Source: Eukaryota sp. TZLM1-RC (taxonomy: Eukaryota > Protista > Metamonada: BaSk clade). Taken from it: a DNA stretch of 64,000 nucleotides. The position numbers were made by a program, and so were the translations under genes. Of the stretch, positions 1 through 11,608 are shown one piece after another; within the stretch, counting starts at the first letter, position 1, and each line of letters starts with the position of its first letter. The stretch is from contig JAUPSS010000004.1 of NCBI GenBank assembly GCA_040285825.1, positions 4,555,784 through 4,619,783 of the forward strand. Reading direction: 5' to 3'. Below the pieces are notes generated by a model. The model saw only the letters and a list, made by a program, of their open reading frames with translations, searched no databases and had not been told where the DNA came from.

Positions 1-1
1 T

Positions 2-3000
2 TCACATTCATTAGCAGCATCCAGGTACAACATTATCATCACGGTACGATCTATAGGCAACACGGTCTTTATCTACGAAACCAATCTTCATCATAATGTG
101 ACCCACTCAATCAAGGTTACCACGACCTCAGAAGTACTTCCTTCAGTCTCTATAATAGAGCACAGAGGACGAGCTATTGATCTCACCATCCTTTTCTCCT
201 CATCACATGGCTTCATCCACAAACTTGAAGCCCAAATCGACAAGGATCCTCTCCGATCCTCTACCTCTACCGTCTTCACTACCCCGATCATCCTTCCCCT
301 TCTTCGTTCTGTTCAATCTTATCCCCTTCCTCTTTCCAAAAAGTTTTGTCCTCGGCAGGTACACTTTGTTGATGCAACCAAGTCAATCATCTCTACAACT
401 TCCCACCAACTCTTCATGGCAACTCTCTCCACTCTCTCCACCCCTCCCTCTCTTGCTGAACTCACCACTTCCTCTCTCCTCTCTAGAGCTTCTTATTCTG
501 TCTATTCTAAGCTCAGTGGGGCGAGTTCTGCTGTTCTTAATAAATCAATGGTGACGTATAGGTGCCTGGGAACTGATTATTTGATTGTAATCAATTCTGA
601 TTGCCTCTTAACTTTGTTTTCACTTCGCACTAGATCTGCTATCGTTGAATCAAAACTATATGAATCCCGACCAGAGTTTATTCTCCCAGATGCCAGCGAA
701 TGCCACGTGTCACTCTGTGTTTTGAGTGAACCAACAGACCCTTGTAATTTACAATTAGCCGTTTCGTTTACCCCCAATTTGGACCATTTGCCAATCATTT
801 CAGTATTTTCATTGAAAATTCCGACTGATCCCAAAAAAGTTAAAAAACCTTTATTAATTACTGACTTGGCTTTACCTGACACGTGTCAAGGGTTGTCAGT
901 TGACAATTTGAGCTCTTCTCATGGAGAGGTGATTGTTAGTCTTTTTGATTCTGTTTTGACCCGGGTTTCCGGCATTTCTGATCTTGATCACGTGATATCC
1001 ACCGCAGTGATTCCAAAGTTTTCAACTGTTACTATTCCTGGTTACACAGTCACGCCAATCACAACATTCACTGATTGGATAATAACCTGCCTGAGCAAAC
1101 TGCCAAATTTAATAGCAGTCAAGAATTTTCTCCGTGATTTCGACCTTCCATCCGACCTATTTTTAGAAACAATCAAATCTGTTGCACCTTCTTTTCCTCT
1201 TCCATCATCCTCAATCTCAGCTGATTTCCTTCCTCATTTGGGATGTTACTTGGTCTCGTTGGGAATGAGTGAAAGGGAAGCTTTTGAGAAAGTAGTCGTG
1301 TCTTTCAGTATTGGTTTGTGGAGGATTTCCAAAGTGGATAATATTTGTGGTGATTTGAAGTTGAAGCAGGTATTTTTTATTGAAAGTAATGGTGTCTATG
1401 GTCTTCGAAGACTCTCTCCATGTGAACATGGTAATTCTATGGAGAGGGAAATGCGAAAGGTCTGGAGGACGAGCAATGAGTTCATTAGTAATGTGGATTA
1501 TGGAATAATTTGTGAAGTATTTAATCAACTGCTATTATCAAATACTCATAGTATTATAGAATCTTTTGGCTTTCAGTTATCAAACTTGTTTTTTCATAGT
1601 GATTTTGAATTCTTCCCTGTTTCAGATATTGAAGAATTTGTGAGCATGGCAGAGTTTTATTTGGACCAATTCAGAAATGTTGCTAATTATATCCCTCAGG
1701 AATTATTAAATATCCCAACTAAAGGCTATTTTCTATCAAAATCATCAATCAAATCATCGCGTCACCCATCAATTTTGATTGCAAATCACGTGGGATTTAA
1801 TATAATTGCCAATTTGTTTCATTTTTTGCTTTTTATTTCTTCATTTTCTAATACAGGGTCGATTATTAGTTCTTTAGTCAGACAACAATTAGTTCAAAAT
1901 ATTATTGTGCCTGGTTGCAAGACTTTAAAGGGTTTTCTTGGTTCTTTTTTGACCCTTTCGGGTATTTTGTCCAATCATTCTCAATCAAATCACGTCACAG
2001 TCCCTCAAATAATTTCTGATTTTTCCCAAAAGACGCCATTTAGTACTCCATCAGCTGAACCCACCTTAAAAACTGTTATTAAGGACTTTTTAACCCAAAG
2101 GGGATTGGCAATGTTTTACAATGTTAGTATTGTTGAGTACAATATTCGCAATATTGCTGAAATTAATGATTTTAGTCTTTCGCAATGTATTTTTTCGATT
2201 AATTGTAGTGAGTTTAATCCTGTTGTTGCTTTTTATTATGGTGTTTCGCTTTTAAATCAATCAGATTTAATTGAAAGTATTAATGTTTTTTCAAAGTTAG
2301 CAGCCAAGTGTTTTAATAATTCTGGCTATTTGGAATCTTTATCACGTCTGGTTCCCGAGATTCCTGAAGACCATTCTGATTTTTGGACTTTGATCACGTG
2401 TATTTCTGAACTTTTCTACAATACCAATCAAAAATTCTTGGCAGCAAAGTTTTCATTTGAGTTTATTACCTCTTTTGGGAATGATTTTCTTGAGGGGGTC
2501 TTTTTTGAAAAATTATTACTGAAGAGTTTTAAATATAATTTAGTTTGTGGATTTTATGAAAAATCTATATATTTGTTGAATTTAGTCAAAAATTACTCTG
2601 AAAATAGAGAAGTTATACTTTTATTGATACATGATTTGATTAAAAAATCAAAAATTAATCTTTTATCAAATGTTTTTTTGAATCCCCGTCTTTTAAATTC
2701 AATTTTAAATTGTTTGAATTCTAAATTAGATGAAGCTATCCAATGTTTAAATCTTACGGATTGTGGCGACAGAATCCTCGATGGTATTATTGCAGGGTTG
2801 ATTTTGAACTCTATCCATACTAAGAAGGGTAATTACCTATTGGCTACAGATTCTCTTTACAAATGCTCATTAATTTATAACAATTACTCTGAATTACTTT
2901 CAAGTCATCCAAAGTTTTCGTTATTCTCTACATTTAACTTTTCCTGTGCTGCATTGAATTCTCTTTATTTAGCCAATCACCTTGAAGGTCGTGACTCTGA

Positions 3001-3538
3001 AGTATTTTTAACCCAATCAAATGACGTTTACTGTCCAAGAAAACGAAGGACTAGTGACCACTTTGAGATTAATGATAGTGTTGAACGTTTAAAGCAATCA
3101 AAAATAATAGGAATTCAAGAATTAAATCAATTGTCTTCTCTAAATAGGTTACAATCCTTTTATCTGCTTGAATTTGGAAGTTATGAGCCTGAGCTAAGTG
3201 TTTTTGATTTAATTTCCACAACTAACATTAATTTATTAGAAGAATTATTAATTTATTGCATCCAAACTGGAACGTACATAGACAAAATTAGCAACAGAGT
3301 TGGGGAGGTATTACGTCAAATTGACCTTACCAAACCAGAAAATCAACCATCAATTGTTAAAGTTAAAAAACTTTTAACAATGGATAGTGCTGAAATGAAT
3401 TACCAAATTCATAGTGGAATTCTAAGAGGATATCTTTCTATTAAACCTACAATGACTGCACCTTTTTGGCTAAGTTCTGCATTAAAATTAGTTAACGAGT
3501 CTGAATTTCAACGAGTAATGGAAAAATATAGTAAGTAG
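2..3538 (+). CDS. NUP160: Nucleoporin Nup160/Nup120-like; 5' end lies outside the window
   Basis: Frame is open from position 2 (the track's start at 98 is GTG). C-terminal segments AALNSLYL..., PRKRR...IIGIQEL and PFWLSSALK resemble the Nup160 C-terminus; large beta-propeller plus helical organisation. Confidence 0.65.
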   Translation, partial: SHSLAASRYNIIITVRSIGNTVFIYETNLHHNVTHSIKVTTTSEVLPSVSIIEHRGRAIDLTILFSSSHGFIHKLEAQIDKDPLRSSTSTVFTTPIILPLLRSVQSYPLPLSKKFCPRQVHFVDATKSIISTTSHQLFMATLSTLSTPPSLAELTTSSLLSRASYSVYSKLSGASSAVLNKSMVTYRCLGTDYLIVINSDCLLTLFSLRTRSAIVESKLYESRPEFILPDASECHVSLCVLSEPTDPCNLQLAVSFTPNLDHLPIISVFSLKIPTDPKKVKKPLLITDLALPDTCQGLSVDNLSSSHGEVIVSLFDSVLTRVSGISDLDHVISTAVIPKFSTVTIPGYTVTPITTFTDWIITCLSKLPNLIAVKNFLRDFDLPSDLFLETIKSVAPSFPLPSSSISADFLPHLGCYLVSLGMSEREAFEKVVVSFSIGLWRISKVDNICGDLKLKQVFFIESNGVYGLRRLSPCEHGNSMEREMRKVWRTSNEFISNVDYGIICEVFNQLLLSNTHSIIESFGFQLSNLFFHSDFEFFPVSDIEEFVSMAEFYLDQFRNVANYIPQELLNIPTKGYFLSKSSIKSSRHPSILIANHVGFNIIANLFHFLLFISSFSNTGSIISSLVRQQLVQNIIVPGCKTLKGFLGSFLTLSGILSNHSQSNHVTVPQIISDFSQKTPFSTPSAEPTLKTVIKDFLTQRGLAMFYNVSIVEYNIRNIAEINDFSLSQCIFSINCSEFNPVVAFYYGVSLLNQSDLIESINVFSKLAAKCFNNSGYLESLSRLVPEIPEDHSDFWTLITCISELFYNTNQKFLAAKFSFEFITSFGNDFLEGVFFEKLLLKSFKYNLVCGFYEKSIYLLNLVKNYSENREVILLLIHDLIKKSKINLLSNVFLNPRLLNSILNCLNSKLDEAIQCLNLTDCGDRILDGIIAGLILNSIHTKKGNYLLATDSLYKCSLIYNNYSELLSSHPKFSLFSTFNFSCAALNSLYLANHLEGRDSEVFLTQSNDVYCPRKRRTSDHFEINDSVERLKQSKIIGIQELNQLSSLNRLQSFYLLEFGSYEPELSVFDLISTTNINLLEELLIYCIQTGTYIDKISNRVGEVLRQIDLTKPENQPSIVKVKKLLTMDSAEMNYQIHSGILRGYLSIKPTMTAPFWLSSALKLVNESEFQRVMEKYSK

Positions 3539-3612
3539 ATTAGATTTAATTAGATTAGATTTAATTAAATTAGATTTTGATTATTTTAAATAAACATTTT
3601 TTTACGAAATTC

Positions 3613-4713
3613 TCAAGAATAATTTGCTAATCTAACCCTTTTGGGACAAGGTGTCAGAGAAACTGAATCGGAAGCTACTGGGCTTGGATTGTGGGAAATG
3701 GGCAATTGATTGGAATATGATTGACTGGCAATTGATTGATTAGAGGGCAATTGATTGGAAGCAGAAGACATTATTGGATCTCCATAATCAGTAATTTCAA
3801 CATTAGATGAATGAGGAACTTCTGGAACCTCTGAAACCACCATATAACAAACATCTAAATAATTTAGCTCCGGTAAATCAAAACCAAACGACACGTGGCC
3901 ACATGAATCATCAAACAACAGAGCAACAGATAAACACTTTAATGAAGCAGAAAATGAGCAAATAGACTTGAAGAATTTCAGGGGGATTGCCAATACGATG
4001 GAAGGTTCACAATCAGGGCTCAAATTGACCTCCTCCAGCTCATCAATCAATCTGATTGTGACCTGACAGTCCCTTGAATTCTTTTGACTTTCAGTTTCTT
4101 GTGGAATATATCTTTCTGATAAATGTGATTTAATGAATGAAGGATTGTTACTGGATGGGCTGCTAATAAAGAAAAAAACCTTGGAAACATTGGGGCAATT
4201 TGAAAGGCAATTCAACATTAAAGCAGGGGTTATAACGATTTTATTGCTGAAATCCATGTTTTTCAAGTGGGGAATATCAACATACTTACCTTCACTTGTC
4301 CTGTCTAGATCCTTACAAGCAAGAGAATACTCCTTGACCAGAGAGTCATCGTAGAGATTGACAGTGAGGACAAGGGAGAACTCTGTTGTGAGAACGAGTT
4401 GGAGAGTGGTGGTTTCTTCGGTAACAAGGGGTTTAAGAAACTCTACGGCACTGTCAAAGCCAAACACCCTGACAGCATAGCCTTGGTGGTGTTCTTCGGT
4501 GGCTTCTTGAATTAAATAAGTTCCTATGTTTGACTTAATGATGAACTGAACTGCACATTCCTGCGAGCCTTCAGGCAGTGCAATGAAACGAATTCCGTGT
4601 TGTGTGAAGTGAAAGAGAACATCTATTCCAACAGATCTTGCAGATTGACAACACTTGAAGAAATTAGATAGTTCTTGAAAAGTGGATATAGATAAAGAAG
4701 CCAAAGATGTCAT
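3613..4713 (-). CDS. RAD9: 9-1-1 checkpoint clamp subunit Rad9-like (PCNA fold with disordered tail)
   Basis: ATG at 4713 (MTSLAS). 'SARSVGIDVLFHFTQHGIRF' and 'IPLKFFKSICSFSASLKCLSVALLFD' match Rad9 motifs; S/P-rich tail ending in PKRVRL. Confidence 0.65.
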   Translation of the reverse strand: MTSLASLSISTFQELSNFFKCCQSARSVGIDVLFHFTQHGIRFIALPEGSQECAVQFIIKSNIGTYLIQEATEEHHQGYAVRVFGFDSAVEFLKPLVTEETTTLQLVLTTEFSLVLTVNLYDDSLVKEYSLACKDLDRTSEGKYVDIPHLKNMDFSNKIVITPALMLNCLSNCPNVSKVFFFISSPSSNNPSFIKSHLSERYIPQETESQKNSRDCQVTIRLIDELEEVNLSPDCEPSIVLAIPLKFFKSICSFSASLKCLSVALLFDDSCGHVSFGFDLPELNYLDVCYMVVSEVPEVPHSSNVEITDYGDPIMSSASNQLPSNQSIASQSYSNQLPISHNPSPVASDSVSLTPCPKRVRLANYS

Positions 4714-4749
4714 TGAAAATCGAAAAATGAATATAAATTTACTTTTCTG

Positions 4750-5211
4750 ATGCGATATTCCTCCATAATAAGGCAATATCTATCTTCAAATGACTGGAAG
4801 TATCAATGTACAGATGATGAATCCGAGTTCTTCTGTGTTTATTCTGGAAACTTTCAGGAACAATGGATTCTTCGCTTCAGAATTTCTCAAGATCATGACG
4901 AAATACTGGTATACTCACAACTTGACACTGTTGACGAAAAGTTCCGTGATGATGTTGCTTTTTTCGTAACACACGCAAACTTTGGTCTTCATGTAGGTGC
5001 TTTCGAGCTTGATTACACTGATGGTGATTTTCGATTTCGTACTTCCATCGATGCAGAAAGGATAGACGATGTCGAATCAGTACTAGACAATCTGGTGAAG
5101 CGTAATGTCACCACAGTTGAACGTTATCTCCCCGGTGTTAAGGCTATCATATGTGACGGAGTTTGTCCAATCGATGCATGTCAATCCTGTGAGGATGATA
5201 TAAGGTATTGA
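4750..5211 (+). CDS. YbjN-family (T3SS-chaperone-like) protein
   Basis: 'VAFFVTHANFGLHVGAFELDYTDGDFRFRTSID' is a typical bacterial YbjN signature; 153 aa. Confidence 0.7.
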   Translation: MRYSSIIRQYLSSNDWKYQCTDDESEFFCVYSGNFQEQWILRFRISQDHDEILVYSQLDTVDEKFRDDVAFFVTHANFGLHVGAFELDYTDGDFRFRTSIDAERIDDVESVLDNLVKRNVTTVERYLPGVKAIICDGVCPIDACQSCEDDIRY

Positions 5212-5652
5212 TTCAGAACCTGTTATCCAAGGTTTCTCTGCTTTAATTATAAATTATAATTGTATTAGTAAATCATATTTGTACAACAAAGCCATCAATA
5301 AACAAATGTTTTTTTAGGAATTACCTTATTCTGCAATAATGTGTTTGCGGGATGGTCTTTCAAGATGATATTTCACATCAAGCTTCATCCACTCCAGAAT
5401 GACGAAAAATGTATCTTCATTAAATTGTCAAGATGCTGAAAAACACTTGTTAAGAATTTGAACCAGTAGTCTCAGCCGTGAGATGAAGTTGCAATACTGG
5501 TAGCGAAAGCAGGACATCATCCATTACCACCATTTCACATATCGTAACTTGAAACGAGTAGACAGAGGGATTGCCTAAACAGACAATAAATAAACTGCCA
5601 GAAAAACATCTTACCCCAAACACAAGAAGACCAAGCAAAAGAGCCAGTAACA

Positions 5653-5990
5653 GTAAAAAAGAAGTCGCCAACGCACCACACGCTTCTATGGAGCCGACAT
5701 CTCAGAGCTGCGATCTTGAACATGCCTGAATTGTACGTTTTGAGTGTTCCTTGATACAGGCCTCCTCCATATCCCACAACCAACATTGAGGTCCAACTAC
5801 CATTCGACAGTGTACCACAACGACTCAGTCACATCCAACACAACTCGTCGTCGATGACAGAGAACCACAGATGACGGTGCAATGCAGAGGCTTCCACTAC
5901 CGAGGCAGATCCATCACAGATCGGCACTTCTGTAGGTATGCGAAATTGTAGAATTTAAGACATGGAAAATTCAACATGTTAGCGTGGAAA
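5653..5990. repeat. ~340-bp GC-richer dispersed repeat, copy 1 (inverted relative to 18391-18729)
   Basis: Long near-identical reverse-complement match to 18391-18729; no conserved ORF. Confidence 0.85.
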
Positions 5991-6298
5991 CAATTTCATT
6001 TCTAGGAAACTTATACTGATTGACTATATATAAACCGCCCAATCATGTGTTTCTATCATTAGTTACTATTGAAGCTGTGATTTCGGAGTTTGGAATTGGA
6101 ATTTTGTGCGTTAAACCATCAGCTTTTGTGTGACAATCAACTTGCTTCGATTATTTAAGCATGCACATTGCAGTTAATAATTTTCAATCGTTTCGTTCAG
6201 CTCCCATACTCTATATTATTCTGAATTGACCATTGATCAGTCTTTACCATTGATCCATAAGTTAATAACAAATTTACAGCAATGCATTGCAGAAACAA

Positions 6299-8790
6299 CT
6301 ATGGTGATGTTTTAGGAGTACTGCTCCAAAATTGAAATTCCATTACTTCAAATCCCAAATCAGTCAAAAAGAAGTGAATCAACGTTTTCCCTTCATAAAA
6401 CCGACCAAGAGATAACAAAGCAAAAGATAACAAGTGCACAATGCCTTTACAAATTGCAAATGCAATTCTGTTCTGCCAAAACTTGTCAAAAATTCTTCCT
6501 GTACGTTGTTTTACAGTTTCAACAAAATTATCCAAGAAAGATAAAGCAAGTGGTTTAAGCGTGCCATGTAAGGAAAGAGCAAATGTACAAAGGAAATAAT
6601 GAGTATGCGATTCAGTATTCAAGGATAACAACTTTGCTTCATATTTATCAATTTCAGTGTTGTCGGCAACAGACAGCGGATTCTTGTGTTTTGACTGAGC
6701 TAATGGTATGCAACAATTATTACACACATCAGTAATGATTTTCGTTCCTTCAAGACCTTGAAGCATTAAATCACCTCCATTTCTTTAGGATAAATTTATT
6801 TTCAACGCTAACAAAACATTAAACAAAAAACTAGAACTCAATATCCTCAATACACGCATCAACATCATCAAATCTTTTAAGCGCGCGATTTTCATACTCT
6901 ATTCCTAACTTTAACAGTGCTTTGGTCAGCATTTCTGGAATTGCTTTAAGAATACTGAAAACAATTCTATTGTGCCAGAAATTGAAGTTCAATTCTTTTC
7001 CTGCTCTTTCTTTTATTAAACTTCTGAAACCTTCAAGAAATTTAATGCCAGATATTCCAATGTTACCAAAAAGAGAAACAGCAAATGGAACCAACTGATA
7101 CTTAACATGCTCAACACGTCCTAGCTGAGATAAGGGTTCATTGTACTTTTTGATTTTGCTCTTTTCAGCAAAGCAAAGTGGAGTTTCATCTCTTTTAGCA
7201 AAGTCAATTGCTGAGTCTTTACAAACATCAACAGTGACAACATCAACAACTTTAATAACACCATCAGACGCAGGGGTAATTAAATCAGCACGGCGTTTCC
7301 CAAAAGTATTTTCATTTTCATTTTCAGATGATAACCTTCGCACAAGTGGTTCAACAAAAGCTTCAATGTGATGGCTTTTGCACATAGCGTATAGTTGGTC
7401 TCTAACAGCATCGTGAACAACTGAGCGATATGTAATATTAAATTTACAATTAAATAAATGATTCAGATTAATGAGCTGACCACAACGACAAATCAAATCA
7501 TTTGGCACACTACATGGCCACAGGGAACACCTCATCCTGAAGGCAGTTGTCCATTGATGATCATTTAATAATAGACCATATACATTTGGAATCTGGGAAA
7601 TAAGACAACTTGAGCTACTATCCTTGAGGTCAATTAAAAAGTTTGCAAAAACGGGATTCTTTTCTTTAGCCAAGCTAAGACGAACAGTGAAATCCAAGTT
7701 TTCAAAAACTTTTAATATCTTTTTCTGCAATTTAGCATATGCAAATTTCAAGGAAATCAAACTCCTGGGTGGAATTTCTTGAATATCAGCAGGAAAGCAT
7801 TTGGACCATATGTGAGGAGAGATGCATTCAATTTCACTCTGCAAGGACACTAAATAGTCACTAACACAACATTCTATCAAATGCTGGTTTTCAGGAAAAC
7901 GTTTCAAAAATTCAAAAACGAAATTTTTTCCTCCACCGATGAATGCGGCTTTACACAAATATTTTGATTTGTGAAAATCCAGGCCTCCCAATTCTGTGCT
8001 ACAAAAAATATGACTACGTAAAAAAGAAGAATCAATATCGAGCAAATTAGCCAAAAATTTTGTTCTTAATTCATTAAAAATTCTGCAAAATTCGAGAGAA
8101 ATAGATGGTGATGTTGATCGTAAAATATGAGTAAATTTCCCTGAATAACAAATTCTGAGGAAGAAAAATTTAAGATGTTTTTCAATATTTAAATCTGAAA
8201 GAACCATCAATTCTTCTTCAAAATTATCCAAAAGAGAGGAAAGTTGATTTCGAATTTCATCAAAGTTGCCTAAATAACAACCTAAAAAACGAAATCCTGA
8301 TTCAAAATAATTGATAAAAGGAACACTTTGACCATCAATAATGAAATCAGCAGGCTCTCTACCAATCAATAAACATTTGGAAATATTTAGAGAAAGACCA
8401 ATTTCATAATAGCGCTGTTGAACAATTTCAGCAATTGTTCTCAATGAATCAATTGGACCAATTATTGATATGTCATCCATATAAGCAGTTATATGAACAT
8501 CTGGAAATTCTTGTTTTAATTCACACATTAAAGGATGGATAGCAAGACAGAAAAAGAAAGGACCTAATGGATCACCTTGTTTGACACCAGATGATGATAT
8601 TAGATTGAATTCCTCATAAACAAGAGTTGACCTCCATTTCGACCAAAAGAATTCACAGTATCTTCATCAACCAAACGACAGATGAAGGTTCTAAAAAGGA
8701 AATGATTTTGTGTGACTTTGACATACAATAGAGTTGATCCCTAAATGCATGAAGAACTGTGGATCGAAAATCACAAAATCGAGGAAAACC
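6299..8790 (-). mobile_element. Old degenerate CRE-like non-LTR retrotransposon 3' fragment (RLE domain), split by a younger insertion
   Basis: 8641-8790 (HAFRDQLYCMSKSH...SFGRN) joins 6299-6783 (GGDLMLQG..DV..KYE..FALSLHG..FWQNRI) across an 11-bp duplication. Confidence 0.8.
6784..8629 (-). mobile_element. 5'-truncated young CRE-like non-LTR retrotransposon (RT + CCHC + RLE), ORF 6831-~8620
   Basis: GVKQGDPLGP, AYMDD, FRFLG, CRC..HLFNC, RHD-like VHD, RADL..DV..K..KY; AATAAA after the stop; TSD ACCTCCATTTC at 6773-6783 and 8630-8640. Confidence 0.92.
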
Positions 8791-9156
8791 ATCCTGGACA
8801 ACAAACTTAACAGAGTTCCCAATTTCGTGCAGACCAATGTTGAGAAATGTAAATCAAAAAGTAAATATAATTAATTAAAATTAATTAATTATTATTTAAT
8901 AAATCAAAATAATACTGACTAAAACAACATTATACCTGATATCAGAAGTGAAATGATAATTTTGATCTAAACCCAGTGGTAAAAAGTGAATTTGGCTATC
9001 CTTGATGTCTACCCACTCCTTATTTTCTGAACCAAACACAAGCACCGTCAAATATTGGAAATAATATATCATGTTTATAAAAAAGCAAAAATTCAGACTA
9101 AGGGACTAAGCAAACTAAGCAAACTAAAACGTCATAATACAAAACTTAAAAATAAT

Positions 9157-10497
9157 CTACTCCTGAACCCCCACAATTTTCTTTTCTTTTTCTGGTTTTA
9201 ACTTTGGTACGGTCCCCGGCTTCGAATGTCTAACCACATTCTGTCTCTTCTTCCGGAGGCGTTGATTCTCCTCATGCCGCTCAATACGTTGTTTGTGAAT
9301 GAGTTTAGGCAAGTGTCGTTTCCTTCGTATACTACTGAGCTCAGGAACGTCCTTGAATTTGTTAATTAAAGCAGTTGAATACTGTCTGCTATCTTCTTCT
9401 CTCTTTGTTAAGGGTTTGAGTGAATCACTTGCTTTAGCCTTCCACAGTCTGACACATCCATCGTCACTACCAGAGAGAACAAAGTTTGCATCCATTGAGT
9501 ACTGAACAGCAAAGATCCGCTGCATTCTTTGTGTGTGATAAACATCAGCAGACTTGGTACTTTTCATATTCCAAATACGCACAGTCTTGTCATAACTACC
9601 AGAGACAAAGAAGCGACCTGTGGGACAAGGGGAGACAGAAAGGACAGGGCCCATATGATCTTTAAAGACTGCAAGGGATCGTTTAAGGTTACGCATATCA
9701 TACAAGTAAACATTTGAATCCTCATTAGCTGCCAAGAAATTCATTGGCTCTGAAGGAATCCATGCAACTTGGTTGTTTCTCATCTCCATGGTTACCCTTC
9801 TCAAAGGAGTTTCCTGTCTAGTGTCCATTAATGTTAGTGATCTGTCGTAGCCAGTGGTGAGGAGAAGGTTGGTCTCGGAAGGATTGAATCGCACATGGGT
9901 TAGAGTATCATCTCCCCATTTGAAAGTCTGAATAGGATCAGCGGTTTGATCTGACCAAATCTCCACCACACCGTTACTTCCGGCAGTGGCATAACACGGG
10001 TTCTCAGTGTCCCAGCTGGAGTCTACTGAATACAGCTGATTTGAGGAGAGGAGAGTTCGTACAGGGGATGGGGAAGGGTCCTTTAATGACCAGAATTTGA
10101 GCGATTTATCATCAGAGGCAGATAGGATAAAGTTGTTGCATCGTGAAAAAGAAACGTCACGAACCCAACCTGAGTGAGCTAGACTTGACCATAGAGTGTT
10201 ATGGGAGGAGAGGTTCCATAATCTGATTTCTCCGTTGCAAGCACCAGAAGCAGCAAGGTTGAGACGAGATTTATGAGTTGCTAGCGCACAAACTCCATCA
10301 TTATGACCTTGTAATGCAGCTATGAAAGGTTTAGCAAACACACGCTGTAGTTTTGTAGCATTGAGAGCTCTGACATACTCCCGCTCTACTTGAAAAGGAT
10401 GCAATTTGGGATCTCGATTTTTAAGGATGGGGGCAACTGCTCCTGGTGTTGTTGATGTATAACGCTGATCAGACCTGGAAATGACCTTGACCTTCAT
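9157..10497 (-). CDS. DCAF13: DCAF13/Sof1 WD40 U3 snoRNP protein
   Basis: MKVKVISRS, HPF..REYVRALNATKL.RVFAKPF, WD repeats, YHTQRMQ, Sof1 C-terminal domain. Confidence 0.97.
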   Translation of the reverse strand: MKVKVISRSDQRYTSTTPGAVAPILKNRDPKLHPFQVEREYVRALNATKLQRVFAKPFIAALQGHNDGVCALATHKSRLNLAASGACNGEIRLWNLSSHNTLWSSLAHSGWVRDVSFSRCNNFILSASDDKSLKFWSLKDPSPSPVRTLLSSNQLYSVDSSWDTENPCYATAGSNGVVEIWSDQTADPIQTFKWGDDTLTHVRFNPSETNLLLTTGYDRSLTLMDTRQETPLRRVTMEMRNNQVAWIPSEPMNFLAANEDSNVYLYDMRNLKRSLAVFKDHMGPVLSVSPCPTGRFFVSGSYDKTVRIWNMKSTKSADVYHTQRMQRIFAVQYSMDANFVLSGSDDGCVRLWKAKASDSLKPLTKREEDSRQYSTALINKFKDVPELSSIRRKRHLPKLIHKQRIERHEENQRLRKKRQNVVRHSKPGTVPKLKPEKEKKIVGVQE

Positions 10498-10751
10498 AGT
10501 TGAAATTGTTCTAGATAAATAATGTAGTATAACCTTTCAGAATTTAATTCCTTTTTATTTTGAAATACTCATCCCCGTCCATCAAGCAAATCTGTCCTTC
10601 AACAGACATAGCAATTACTTATGTCAAAAATTACTGCTAAGAGGAAAAGTCTTGTTATAAAATGAACGGAAAAAGTTATACAATTTACAACACAATCATA
10701 AACTCTAATAATACAAAGATAAATTAAGTACAAAATAAATCAAAGATAATC

Positions 10752-11540
10752 TCAGTCTTCCAATTCAACCTCAACTGGTATTTTCAGACTCTCCAAATAC
10801 AATCTCAGTGGGGCTAAGGCGGTCTCCGTAATCCATCGTTCCCTGCAAAAGCCAGGAATATATTGGTCTGGAGAAAGCTCACAGGCAAATTTTATCTCAC
10901 TATGCTGTCCCATCTTCTTGACGACCCACCCATGGACAGGAACGTTGAGTCTGGTACACCCTGTTCCTCGAGGTGCTGATTCATATTGGGTGGATACCTG
11001 TACCATAAAGAAGGAACCATCCCGAGCAGGACGGACAGCCTCCATAACAACACAGTCTCGAGGAAGAAGTATTCGATCACAAAGGGGTTTGTGTTTAAGA
11101 TAAAGAATGTTGATTCTGTCGTCAATGGACTCCAAGGTATGTCCTGAATCGAAAAGTACATCCCACTTAGCCCTATCCTCATTAGTAGAGCGCAGAAGGG
11201 ATAGAACGTTCTGTGCATGGACTTCAGGGACAATAAGTGAAGCCCGAACTGAATAGCTGCAAACTCCAGGGAGAAGTTTGTGTTCAAGAGAGAATTGAAT
11301 ACTAGATACTCCATCTCTGAGTGTGTTATAGGACTGTCCCTCAGGAATTTCGACTTGTTGCCATTGATTATCATCGTTGTTTTCCTTTAATATCATGAAC
11401 AAACGTCTGAAAGCACTGTTTACAGCTGGTGGAAAACGCTCATCATTGAAATTAACATCGCGAGAACGACGGGCAGCAGCAGCAGAGTGAAGAGATCCAA
11501 AGGATAGATATGAAGGAGAAACAGAAGGAGCAAAAGACAT
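10752..11540 (-). CDS. START lipid-binding domain protein
   Basis: R.KWD, PRDCV and 'GWVV' motifs; ATG at 11540. Confidence 0.8.
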   Translation of the reverse strand: MSFAPSVSPSYLSFGSLHSAAAARRSRDVNFNDERFPPAVNSAFRRLFMILKENNDDNQWQQVEIPEGQSYNTLRDGVSSIQFSLEHKLLPGVCSYSVRASLIVPEVHAQNVLSLLRSTNEDRAKWDVLFDSGHTLESIDDRINILYLKHKPLCDRILLPRDCVVMEAVRPARDGSFFMVQVSTQYESAPRGTGCTRLNVPVHGWVVKKMGQHSEIKFACELSPDQYIPGFCRERWITETALAPLRLYLESLKIPVEVELED

Positions 11541-11608
11541 AGGCAAGCAGCACAAAAATGTTAAATAGTAGTAACTCGTTGAGATTTCTGGAATATGAAG
11601 ACGAAATG

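Noticed and set aside
3534-3580. TAGATTAGATTTAAT tandem repeat
   Set aside because: Low-complexity sequence between convergent genes.
5875-5950. HDV-like ribozyme in the 340-bp repeat (TTCCAC...GCGAA)
   Set aside because: P3 does not pair properly and the putative P2 partner is not conserved in copy 2.
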